A stretch of DNA of 64,000 nt from an uncultured Actinomycetes bacterium (GTDB lineage: Bacteria > Actinomycetota > Thermoleophilia > Solirubrobacterales > Thermoleophilaceae). Shown here in pieces: positions 22,440-32,756 of this stretch (position 1 is the stretch's first letter; every line of letters begins with the position of its first letter). Both the position numbers and the translations under genes were made by a program. The stretch spans positions 303,830-367,829 of the forward strand of contig CAVRTK010000004.1 of NCBI GenBank assembly GCA_963724205.1, given 5' to 3'. The notes beneath the pieces were generated by a model, which had not been told where the DNA came from, ran no database searches, and was given only the letters and a program-made list of their open reading frames with translations.

Positions 22440-23637
22440 AACCGCTACGGCTGGGGCAGGATCCCGCCGCCGCCGGAGCCGCTGCCCTGGCCCGGCACCT
22501 GCGACGGCCGCTTGCCGAGGGTGATCTGCGCCTCCCGCTCCTTGCCGTCGCGCACGTACTTCACGGTGACCTTGTCGCCCGGCTTGTTGTCGGCGATCGC
22601 CGCGGCCACGTCGTCGGGGCTGTTGATCTTGCGGCCGTCGAGCTCGATGATCAGGTCGCCGCCCGCCGCGATCTCGGTCGGGGACGCCGACGCCCCTCCG
22701 CGGATCCCCGCCTTGTCGGCCGGCCCGCCGGGCACGACCTCCTGCACGAGCGCGCCCTTGTCGGTCGGCAGCTTCAGCCGCCGCGCGATCTCCTCGGTGA
22801 GCCGCGCGCAGGTGATGCCCAGGTAGGCGCGGTCGATCTTGCCGTTGGCCTTGAGCTGCGGGATCACCGACTTGGCGGTGTTGACGGGCACCGCGAAGCC
22901 GATGCCCACCGACCCGCGCGAGCCGCCGGTCGCGATCTGCGAGTTGATGCCGAGCACGCGGCCGTACGCGTCGAGCAGCGGGCCGCCCGAGTTGCCGGGG
23001 TTGATCGCCGCGTCGGTCTGGATGACGTTGTCGATCTGGAAGCCGTTGGGCGCCTCGATGCGGCGCTGCTTGGCCGACACGATGCCGGTCGTGACCGTGC
23101 GCGAGTAGCCGAACGGGTTGCCGATCGCCACCACGGGGTCGCCGACCTTGGCCTTGTCCGAGTCGCCCAGCGCGAGCGGCCGCAGCTTCGTGTCCTTGCG
23201 GGTCGACCTTGATCAGCGCCAGGTCGGTCGACGGGTCGGCGCCGACGACCTTCGCGTCGATCAGGTCGCCCGAGCTGTCGTCGAACGAGACCTGCGTGCT
23301 GCGCGCGCCCTCGACCACGTGGGCGTTGGTCAGGACGTAGCCCTGCTTGTCGAGCACGAAGCCCGAGCCGGTCGCCTCGCCGCTCGCGCCCGTCCCTGGC
23401 CTGGATGAACGCGACGCCGGGACCGTCCTCGTCGTAGATCTCGGAGACGGTCTTGCCGTTCGCCGGAGTCGCCGTCCGACTTGGCGGGCGGGGCGTCGGG
23501 CATCGCCTGGGCGATCGTCGGCCGCGGCGCCGGCGAGTCGTCGCCGGTGTCGACGACGCCGGTCGCGAGCAGGATCGCCCGACCACGGCGACGACGAGCC
23601 CGCCGAGCAGGCCGGAGAAGAGCGAGTTCCTGTTCAT
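22440..23637 (-). CDS. HtrA/DegP-family trypsin-like serine protease with PDZ domain, frameshifted
   Basis: N-terminal TM helix (MNRNSLFSGLLGGLVVAVV). Protease core GYVLTNAHVV...DLALIKV...TDAAINPGNSGGPLLD (Ser triad motif GNSGGP). C-terminal PDZ (LVQEVVPGGPADKAGIRGGD). Three frames. Confidence 0.8.
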
Positions 23638-23689
23638 CGGGGGGTGATTGTGGGCGGGGTGCCTAAGACGGGACTTAACGGCTAGACTG

Positions 23690-26029
23690 GGCCGGCGGCC
23701 GCGGGGGCAGCGCCAGGAACGCCCGCAGGCGCCCGAGCCGCCCGCCGGACGCCGCCAGCTCGCGGCGCAGCGCGGCGCGGTCGGCGCGGCCGGGCGGCTC
23801 CGACCCCGGTGGACCGTAGCGGCGGGCTCTAAGCGATGCGGCGTAGCGGGCCGCGGCGGGCCCGACGAGCGTGCGCAGGCGGCGCTCCAGCGTGGCCAGC
23901 GTCGTCTGGGGCGGCACGTCGTGGCCCATCCGCCGCAGGGCCGAGCGCAGCTCGGCGAGCTGGGCGTCGGCCGCCGACGCGCGCCGGTGCCGCCGCTCGT
24001 GCAGCACGGAGTAGACCCACAGCCCGGCGACGCCGCACGCGGCCATGAACAGCAGGACGATCGGCAGCATCCAGAGCTTGGCCGATCTGCCGTCGTCGCC
24101 GTTCGCCGAGGCGCCGCCGCCGGCGCCGACGCTCGGCTCCGCGCGGCTCGCCAGACCGCTCGTGCGGTCGCGGCCGCCGCGCGCGGCGCTCGCGTCGTCC
24201 TGCCCGCTCGACTGCGACCCCGCCGGCGACGACGTCGGCGTCGGGTCGAACGGCACCCATCCGATGCCGGCGAAGTAGACCTCGACCCACGAGTGGGCGT
24301 CCAGGTCGCGGACGCGGTACTCCTTGCTCGCCTGGTCGTAGATGCCCGGGCGCGAACCCCGCCGGCGACCCGGGCGGGGATGCCGTTCATCCGCAGCATC
24401 AGCGCCATCGCGCCCGAGAACTGCTGGCAGTAGCCGACCTTGTCCTTGAAGACGAAGTCGCTCAGCGGGTAGGCGCCGGTGGGGACGCGCTCGGAGTAGC
24501 GCAGGTTGTCCTGGAGCCAGCGCTCCGTGGTGCGGACGACGTCGTAGGTCGTCGCCTGGTCACGTGCCAGCCTGCGGGACAGTGCGTACAAGCGCGCGTA
24601 GGGCGACTCGCGGATGTCGCGGACCGTCTCGGCGGTTGTAGATGCCGCCGGTGGGCTCGCCGCGGAACGGCATCATCACGCGGTCGTCCTCGGCCAGCGG
24701 GCGGCGGCGCAGCTCTCCCGGCGCGAGCGTCGATCGCGTTCTCGCCCGGCCTCGGCAGGGAGAACGAGACGTAGCTGCGCAGCGCCTCCTCCCACGAGTC
24801 GGGCGCCGCGCGCATCTGGTCCTGGCGTCGGGTCGGGGACATAGGCGCGGATCGAGTACGAGTCGCCCTTCTCCAGCGGGTCGTCGACCAGGCGCACGGT
24901 GCCGTCGGCCGAGGGCAGCGTCGACGCCGATGTCGCCCTCGGTGTCGAAGAACGTGCCGGCGCCGATCAGCAGGTCGCTGCGCAGGTCGCGCACCGTGAA
25001 CGAGATGCGCTTCTCCCACGCGGGGTTCAGACGGTCGGGCAGCTCCGCGCCGACCGTCCTGCGCTCGCCGGAGTTGGAGTGCGACCAGCGCAGGCCGTCG
25101 AACTCGTCGAGCGTCTCCGCCTTCCAGTAGTGCGGCTCGTCGGAGCGCACGGCCAGCAGCGTGCGGCCGCTGCGCGGCCAGTCGATCGGGCCGTAGCGGT
25201 GGTTCCAGTCGAAGCGCGACCGTCGCGTGGCGCTTGCCGCCGATCGCCCAGTCGGTGTAGTCGACCCAGGCGCGATCGGAGTCGAGCGCCGCCGCCACCG
25301 GCATCGCGAACAGCCCGGCGAGCGCCAGCGCGGTCGCGCCCGCCAGCGCGCCGCGGCGGCCCAGCGTGCGGCAGCCACAGCCAGGCCGCGATCAGCACCG
25401 AGCAGCAGGAGCGCCGCGGCCGATGTCGCCGCCGAACTTCTGGTCGGTGATCGCGACCGTGTAGAAGGCGACGAGGAGCACGAGCGCGACGGAGTCGAAG
25501 CCGGGCTTCGCCGCGCACGGGCCAGAAGGCCAGCGCCGCGGCCAGGATGAGCACGGGCGGGACCGCCAGCAGGATCGTCAGGCGAACGAAGCCGTCGGGG
25601 CCGCCGTAGGGCCAGGAGACGCGGCGCAGGCCGTCGAAGCCGCGGTCGAGCAGCGCGCCGAAGTCGTCCCAGCGGGCGGGCTTCAGCAGGTCGGCGTCGA
25701 GGCCGATCGCCACCAGCGCCGAAGGCGAGCGCGACCAGCGTCGCGAGCGCTGCGAGGGCGTGCACGGCGGGCCGCGGCAGCGGCGTGCGGCCGAGGACGA
25801 TCAGCACCGCGCCGAGCGCGCAGGCGATCGCCAGCACGCCGACGACGCGGCCGGCCGGAGCGTTGGCGACGAAGCTGGCCCAGTAGGCGGCGCCGAACCC
25901 GGCCAGTGCGGCGAAGGCGGCCAGCCGGAGCCAGGGCCCGTGGATTGGCTGATGGGCTGATTGGCTGGTTGGCGCTCGGGCTCGGCGCCAGTCCGCCAGT
26001 CCGCCGATGCGCGCGGTGCCCGCGGTCAC
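23690..26029 (-). CDS. transglutaminase-family protein (TgpA-like: DUF3488 N-terminal membrane region plus transglutaminase core), heavily frameshifted
   Basis: N-terminal multi-TM region (WLRLAAFAALAGFGAAYWASF...; DUF3488-like ILLAVPPVLILAAALAFWP). C-terminal transglutaminase-like core (...KDKVGYCQQFSGAMALMLRMNGIPARVAGG). Directly downstream of DUF58 and moxR. Confidence 0.75.
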
Positions 26030-26196
26030 GCCGCGACCCTCCTCCTCCCGGCGCGCTCGCCGATCCGGTACGCGTGGCAGCCCGCGACCGCGAACGCGGC
26101 CGGCCGCCCCTCGATCCGCTCCGGCGTCACCAGGATAGCGCGCGCCCGCCGCGGCCCGGGCCAGCCCGGGCGGCGCGGCGGCCGCCGCCATCGCCG

Positions 26197-27121
26197 TCAC
26201 CCAGAGGATCGCGCCGAGCCGCTCGAGCCGGCCCGCGAACGGCGCGCGCGTCGCCCGGCCTCGATCAGCGCCAGGCGGACGTGCTGCTGCGGCCAGGAGC
26301 GCAGCTCGGGGTCGACCTCGGTCGGCCGGCGGTCGCCGGGCAGGAGCAGCGAGCAGCCGCCCGAGCGGGCCAGGTAGACGGTGAGCGACGCGGCCGCGCG
26401 GACGGCGGCGTCGAGCGCCTCCTCGCTGGCGGGCCGCCGCGTGTCGAGCACGACCAGCGGCCGCGAGTCGGCGTCGGCCACGAGCCGGCGCTCCATCATC
26501 GTCCCGGTGCGCGCGACGGTCGGCCAGTGGATGCGCGAGGCGGGCGCGCCCTCGCGGTACGGGCGCAGCGAGTCGAGCTCCAGCTCGGCGCCCTGGACCG
26601 CCAGGGCCGAGCCGTCGGTCTGCACGCCATGCCCGCCCGACGCCCGGTCGCCGACCGCGGTGGGCGGCTCGATCCGCGGCAGCACGAGCAGCTCGGCCGG
26701 CTCGGCGTAGACGTTGCGCTCGGCCAGGCCGAGCGGGTCGCGGATGCTGAGCCGCGTCGGCTCGAGCCAGCGGCGGCCGCGGCGGCCGAAGCGCACCTCG
26801 ATCCGCACGCGGCGCGCGCCTCGCCGAGGGCGGGGAGCGGCTGCGACAGCAGCGGCTCGACGACCTCGCCGCCGGGCGGCGGCAGCAGGCCGCGCGTGAC
26901 CTCCAGGTGCACGGGCAGGGGCTGCTCCTCCTCGATCGCGCGGGCGTCGAGCCGGCGCGTCAGCCCGGCGCCGCGGGCGGCCAGCGCCACCCAGGCCGCC
27001 GACGCCGACGCCGAGCAGGATGAACGCGACGCCCGGGCACGTAGAGCGACGGCGAGTCGAACGCGGCGGCCGTGAGCGTCAGGAGGAGTCCGAAGAGCGC
27101 GGCGAGGAACGCGCGGCTCAT
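26197..27121 (-). CDS. DUF58 domain protein (VWA-like partner of MoxR), frameshifted
   Basis: Start MSRAFLAALFGLLLTLTAAAF (TM helix); the ATG at 27121 is 2 nt from the moxR stop. DUF58 body (...DSLRPYREGAPASRIHWPTVARTG...PLVVLDTRRPAS). Confidence 0.75.
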
Positions 27122-27123
27122 GG

Positions 27124-28081
27124 CTACAGCGCCGGGACTCGCTCGAGGACGTCGCGGACGACGTCGGCGCGGCTCGTCCCGGCGGCCTCGGGAGCGAGCA
27201 GCAGCCGGTGGGTCAGCACCGCCGGGCGCGAGCGCCTGCACGTCGTCGGGCAGCGCGTGGTCGCGGCCCTCGAGCGCGGCGCAGCGCCTTCGCCGCCTTG
27301 AGCAGCATGAGCCCCGCGCGCGGCGAGGCGCCGAGCTCGGTGCGCGGGTCGCTGCGCGTCCCCTCGAGCAGCGCGACGACGTAGCGGCGCAGCGGCTCGC
27401 TGGCGTGCACCCGGCCGGCGGCGATCTGCGCGGCCAGCACCTCGGCGACGTCCGGCGACCGGCTCGAGATCGAGCACGCGGTCGCCGCGCGGCGTGCTCG
27501 GCGAGCATCTCGACCTCGGCGTCCGGCCCGCGGGTAGCCGAGCGACACGCGCACCATGAAGCGGTCGAGCTGCGCCTCGGGCAGCGGGTAGGTGCCCTCG
27601 TACTCGACCGGGTTCTGGGTGGCGACGACGAGGAACGGGCGGGCCAGCTCGTGCGAGTGGACGTCGACGGTGACGCGCCGCTCCTGCATGCACTCGAGCA
27701 GGCCGGACTGCGTCTTGGGCGACGCGCGGTTGATCTCGTCGACCAGGACGATGTTCGCGAACACCGGGCCCGGGCCGGAACTCGAAGCGGCTCTCGCGCT
27801 GGTTGAAGACGTTGGTGCCGACCACGTCGGAGGGCAGCAGGTCGGCGGTCGCCTGGATGCGCGCGTACTCGGCGTCGACCGAGCGGGCGAGCGCGCGGGC
27901 CAGGGCGGTCTTGCCGACGCCCGGGTAGTCCTCGATCAGGACGTGGCCCTCGGCGACCAGCGCGACGATCACCTCGCGCAGCACGCGCGGCGTCGACCTT
28001 GACGGCCGCGCCGACGTTGGCGGCGATGCGCTCGCCGAGCGCGGCGACGCCGGCAGGGTCGAGCTCAGGGACCGTCGACAT
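27124..28081 (-). CDS. moxR: MoxR-family AAA+ ATPase, frameshifted
   Basis: [11 protein letters not shown]...[31 protein letters not shown] (Walker A); [19 protein letters not shown] (Walker B/sensor); [25 protein letters not shown]. Three frames. Confidence 0.85.
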
Positions 28082-28189
28082 CTCCCATGGCATGGTACGT
28101 GGCCGTGGGCTCACGCGGCTTGCCGGTCCTGGGTGGCCAGTTCCCGCCGCCCGTCACCCGCGGCCTCGTCTACATTTCATCGGTTCTGT

Positions 28190-30915
28190 CTGTTCCAGCT
28201 CACATCCGATTGGCGTCTCCGGCTCGAGGACCGGATCTGCCACCTCGAGACGCCCTACGACGAGGCGCTCGTCGCCGCCGTGCGCTCGATCCCGGGCCGG
28301 CTGTGGGACCGGTCGGGCGGGCGCTGGTCGGTCTGGCTGACGCCGGACCGCGCCTGGTCGGTGCTCGGCTGACCGAGCAGTTCCCGCAGCTGGCCGAGGA
28401 CCCCGAGCCGATCGACGGGCCTGCAAGCGCGAGGCCGGGCTGCGCAGCACGGACCGCTACGACCTGGAGCTCGTCATGCCGCGCCGCGACGGGCCTCACT
28501 GCCTGAGCCTGTGCGACGACTGGCACGACCCGGAGCTCGACGCGCTCGTCGCCGCGCCACGAGGTGATCCGCCATCCCGCCGCCGGGCGGATCAGCGTCG
28601 TCCTCGGGCACGCCGCCGCGCACGAGGTGGAGCAGGCTGTCGCGCCGCGACGACGTCCGCCTGTCGCGGCGGCTGGCCGAGCACATCGAGATCCTCACCG
28701 GGTCGGCCGCCGACTCGATCGCGGGCGACCGGCGCGACGAGGGCCGGACGTCGATCCGCTTCGGCTCGCGCCGCCACGAGGTGCTGATCACCACCGCCCA
28801 GGCCGACACGTTCGCCGCCGAGCTGCCGGGCGTCGACGCGCACGGGCCGCTACCGCGTCGTCGCGCCGGTCAACACGCCGGTGGCGATCGCGCTGGCCAA
28901 GCTGCTGTCGCGCGACCGCGAGGCCGACGTCGCCCACGCCGTCGCGGACTGGCTGAAGGTCGCGACCCGCTGGAGCGGCCGCGTCGGCGCCACCGAGCGC
29001 GAGGGCGTGCCCGTGTGGACGGTCAGCGGCAACGGCGCACCGCCGCCGAAGGCGCTCGAGGACCCGGCGTTCACGCTCGTCGGCACGGACTACTGGGCGA
29101 CGCCGATCAACGGCGCCGGCCGCGACGGCGCTGATGGCGCTGCTGCGCGAGGAGCCGCTCACCCGCGTCGACATGCGCGCGCAGCGGTCGCTCGACTGGG
29201 CCGAGGAGCACCCGGACGAGCCGCCGCCGCCGGCGATGATCTTCGCTGTCCGAGGACGAGGAGTCCGGCGAGCGCGAGCTCGTGCTCGAGGAGCTGTGGG
29301 GCATCGGCCTGGCGCGCCGAGTTCGCGGCGCTGCCGGGCGCGCGCGACGGCCGTCCCGCCGTGGTGGCCGACGCCTGGGCGCCCGACTACGTCGACGCCT
29401 TCGTCGCGCGACAACGACATCCGCCTGGACGACCGGCGCGCAGGAGCTGCTCCACAAGCTGCTGGTCGAGCACGCGGAGGCCGAGGAGCTCGTCGCGCTC
29501 TCGCAGGCGACCGAGGCCGACCTGGACCTGCCCGCCGACCTGGGCGGCGAGCTGATGCCGTTCCAGGCGGCCGGCGTCCGCTACGCGCTGCGCCGCCGGC
29601 GGGCGTTCATCGCCGACGAGCAGGGCCTCGGCAAGACCGTCCAGGCGCTGTGCCGCGATGGAGTGCGAGGAGGCCTACCCGGCGATCGTCGATCTGCCCG
29701 GCGTCGCTCAAGCTGAACTGGGAGCGCGAGGCGAACAAGTGGCTGCCGTCAGCGGCGCACGGTCGTCGTCTCGGGCCGCAAGCCCGTCGACATGAGCGAG
29801 GCCGACATCGTGATCGTCAACTACGACGTCGTCGGCCCGCACGTGCGGCAGCTGGCCGCGCCTGCGCGCGAAGGCGCTCGTCCTCGACGAGTCGCACTAC
29901 TGCAAGAACCCGCGGCGCCCAGCGCACCAAGGCCGTGGCCGAGCTGGCCGAGGCGCTGCGGCCCGACGCGCTGCTGCTGGCGCTGACCGGCACGCCGCTC
30001 GTCAACCGGCCGAAGGAGCTCGTGCCCCAGCTGCGGATCCTCGGGCGGCTGGGCGCGTTCGGGTCGGGCGCGGAGCTCGAGCGCCGCTTCGGCGCGAACA
30101 CGGAGCGCGAGCGCCTGCACTGGCACCTGCGCCGCACCTGTTACGTGCGGCGGCTGAAGAAGGACGTGCTCCCCCAGCTTCCGGCCAAGCGGCGCGCGGT
30201 CGTGCCGTTCGACCTGTCCAACGAGCGCGAGTACCGCCACGCCGAGCGCGACCTGCGCGCCTGGATCTCCGAGCGCTTCTCGTCGTCGGAGGAGCTGAAG
30301 TCGCGGGTCGACTCCGCGATGCGCGCGGAGGCGCTCGTGAAGGTCAACGCGCTGCGCCAGCTCGTCGGCGTCGGGCAAGCTGCACGCCGCCCACGCGTGG
30401 ATCCAGGACTTCCTGGCGAGCGGCGAGAAGCTCGTCGTGTTCGCCGCCCACCGCGCCGTCCAGCGCGACCTGATGGAGCGCTTCCCCGACTCCGCCCACA
30501 TCCTCGGCGACGACACCCCGGCCGAGCGCGACGCGCAGGTCAGCCGCTTCCAGACCGACGACGACGTGCAGCTGTGCATCTGCTCGCTGAAGGTCGCCGC
30601 GCACGGCTTCACGCTGACCGCGGCCTCCGACGTCGCGTTCCTCGAGCTGGGCTGGACGCCGGCCGAGCACGACCAGGCCGAGGACCGCGCCCACCGGATC
30701 GGCCAGACCGACTCGGTGACGGCCTGGTACCTGCTGGCCGCGGACACGATCGACGAGCGGATGGCGGCGCTGATCGACTCGAAGCGCGAGGTCGTCGGCG
30801 CGGTCACCGACGGGCGCGTGCCCGTCGACGCAGTCGATGATCGACGGGCTGCTGGCCAGCTACGTCGGCACGGGGTCGCGGGGATGTCGACGCCGCGAGC
30901 GGCCCACAAGGACTG
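28190..30915 (+). CDS. SNF2-family (RAD54-like) helicase with N-terminal ~350-aa extension, heavily frameshifted (at least eight frames)
   Basis: Helicase motif I LMPFQAAGVRYALRRRRAFIADEQGLGKT; Ia PASLKLNWEREANKWLP; II LVLDESHYCKNP; III LALTGTPLVNRPKEL. C-terminal helicase domain (VVFAAHRAVQRDL...SLKVAAHGFTLTAASDVAFLELGWTPAEHDQAEDRAHRIGQTD). The start position is approximate. Confidence 0.8.
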
Positions 30916-30930
30916 ACCCTGGACCAGCGG

Positions 30931-31375
30931 TCAGGCGCGCTCGGCGGCCTCGACGGCGCTGCCGAGCGCTGCCAGATCGTCGCCCGTCAGCCGCTCCTCC
31001 AGCAGCACGAACAGGTGGCGCTCCTCATAACGGACGTGCGCGGCCAGAAGCTCGCCCAGCTCGCGAGCCGCGTCCGGGGACACGCCGGGCGGTGAGGCCA
31101 GCAACGCCTCGGCGCGCGCCCGGATGTCACCGTGCTCGCGGCGGACCCGGTCGCTCGCCTCGCGCCAGTCGGGGTCGTCGCTCCGGCAACGCGGGCAGCA
31201 GGATCGCCTCCTCGATCCCGAAGTGCCGCTCGCCCGCGCCGCGCCAGAACTCGCCGAAGCGCGCAACGGCCGCGGCGACGGTGTCCGGGTCGGCCCGGCG
31301 CAGGCGCAGCGCCGCCTCGAGCGCCACGTGGTGGTCGCGCGAGAGCGGCGCCAGCTCGGGCGACCGCTTCACGGC
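30931..31375 (-). CDS. hemerythrin HHE cation-binding domain protein, frameshifted
   Basis: N-terminal part (LSRDHHVALEAALRL...HFGIEEAILLPAL) and C-terminal part (REHGDIRARAEALL...HVRYEERHLFVLLEERL) in two frames. H/E-rich helices typical of the hemerythrin-like di-iron fold. Confidence 0.65.
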
Positions 31376-31376
31376 C

Positions 31377-32194
31377 TCAGCTCTCGCGGTCGGGCACGCG
31401 CGACAGCTCCACGTGCCCGTTGGGCTGCTCGGCCGTTGCCGCCGGCGCCGACACGCGGTCAAGGAACGGCTGGAGCAGGTCGAGCGGCAGCGGGAACACG
31501 ATCGTCGAGTTCTGCTCGGCGCCGATCTCGAGCAGCGTCTGGAGGTAGCGCAGGTGCAGCGCCGACGGCTCGCGGCCGATGATCGCCGCGGCGTCGGCCA
31601 GCTTCTCGGCGGCCTGGAACTCGCCCTCGGAGTTGATGATCTTGGCCCGTCGCTCGCGCTCCGCCTCGGCCTGGCGGGCCATCGCCCGCTGCATCGCCTC
31701 GGGGATCTCGACGTCCTTGATCTCGACGGTCGAGACCTTGATCCCCCACGGCTCGGTCTGCTCGTCGATGATCTGCTGCAGATCCTCGTTCAGGCGCTCG
31801 CGCTCGGACAGCAGCTGGTCGAGGTCGGCGCGCCCGAGCACCGAGCGCAGCGTCGTCTGCGCGATCTGCGACGTGGCCGGCTCGAACGCCTCGATCTCCG
31901 TGACCGCGGCGACCGGATCGATCGCCTTGAAGTAACAGACGGCCGCGACGCGTGCCGGGACGTTGTCGCGCGTGATCACCTCCTGCGGCGGGATCGTGAG
32001 CGTGACGGTGCGCAGGTCGACGCGCACCATCCGGTCGACCAGCGGGATCAGCAGCACCAGGCCCGGGCCCCTTGACCGGCAGCAGGCGCCCGAGGCGGAA
32101 CACGACCGCGCGCTCGTACTCGCGCAGGACGCGGATGCTGACGAGCGCCGCCAGCAGCACCACCAGGACGAGGCGCAGCGAGGACGTAGATCAT
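31377..32194 (-). CDS. SPFH/band-7 (stomatin/prohibitin-like) membrane protein, two 1-nt indels near the 5' end
   Basis: AGGAGG RBS 10 nt upstream of the ATG at 32194. After removing one base about 32160 and one about 32055 it reads [65 protein letters not shown]...; the coiled-coil tail [25 protein letters not shown] is typical of the family. Confidence 0.8.
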
Positions 32195-32699
32195 CGGAAG
32201 GGTGCCTCCTGGTTCGACGCATGCGCAACCCGTGCGAAGGCGTGGGCTCCGGGAAGCCCGCCGGATGCGCACGCAGGTCGCGCAGCATCCAGCGGCCCAC
32301 CCCAAGCATGACCGCGATCAGCGCCAGCAACAACGCGGCTTCGGCGGGATCGTGGTTTCTCACGCCGCCCACCGTCAGGACGAAGACCGCCAGCGCCAGC
32401 AGCATCAGGGCGATCCCGCGGTGGAAGCGCCCCGCCTCGGAGTGCGGCCACGGGTCGAGCGGGCGCACGATCTCGCGACCCACGTCCGAGTCCGTGCACC
32501 TGTCCTTGCGCGGGCACCCGTTGCAGATGTGGGCCTTCGCCCGGTAGCGGACCAGCCGGCGCTCGTGGTCGAACTCGTGGGGCCACAGGTGCTGGCCCTC
32601 CGGGCACGTCCAGTGGTCGTGCACGTCGTCGTAGTCAAAGCCCGCCGTCCGGAACCGAAGCGCCCGCCGGTGCGTGTGCGCCGACAGCCACTCGAGCAT
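32195..32699 (-). pseudogene. chimeric ORF: IS1182/IS5-type transposase zinc-ribbon fragment followed by two hydrophobic segments (transposase remnant)
   Basis: [19 protein letters not shown]...[32 protein letters not shown] matches the F.YD...D.Y.CP.G..L ... YRA....C..CPL...CT.S..GR.I.R signature of the internal region of IS1182-type DDE transposases. No DDE domain is present. Its frame runs into the SPFH gene. Confidence 0.4.
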
Positions 32700-32756
32700 G
32701 AGCGCCGCCAGCAGCAGGAAGCACGCCGTAGCCCGCGAACAGGAGGGCCTCCCCGC

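Noticed and set aside
22251-24591. ORFs 22251–23357 and 22864–24591 as independent large genes
   Set aside because: They are composite reading frames that each contain pieces of the HtrA protease or the transglutaminase protein, joined to out-of-frame junk. The domain-bearing segments are better explained as frameshifted htrA (22440–23637) and tgpA (23690–26029).
29821-30909. 362-aa ORF antisense to the SNF2 helicase
   Set aside because: It lies opposite clear helicase motifs and has Ser/Arg/Ala low-complexity translation, so it is spurious.
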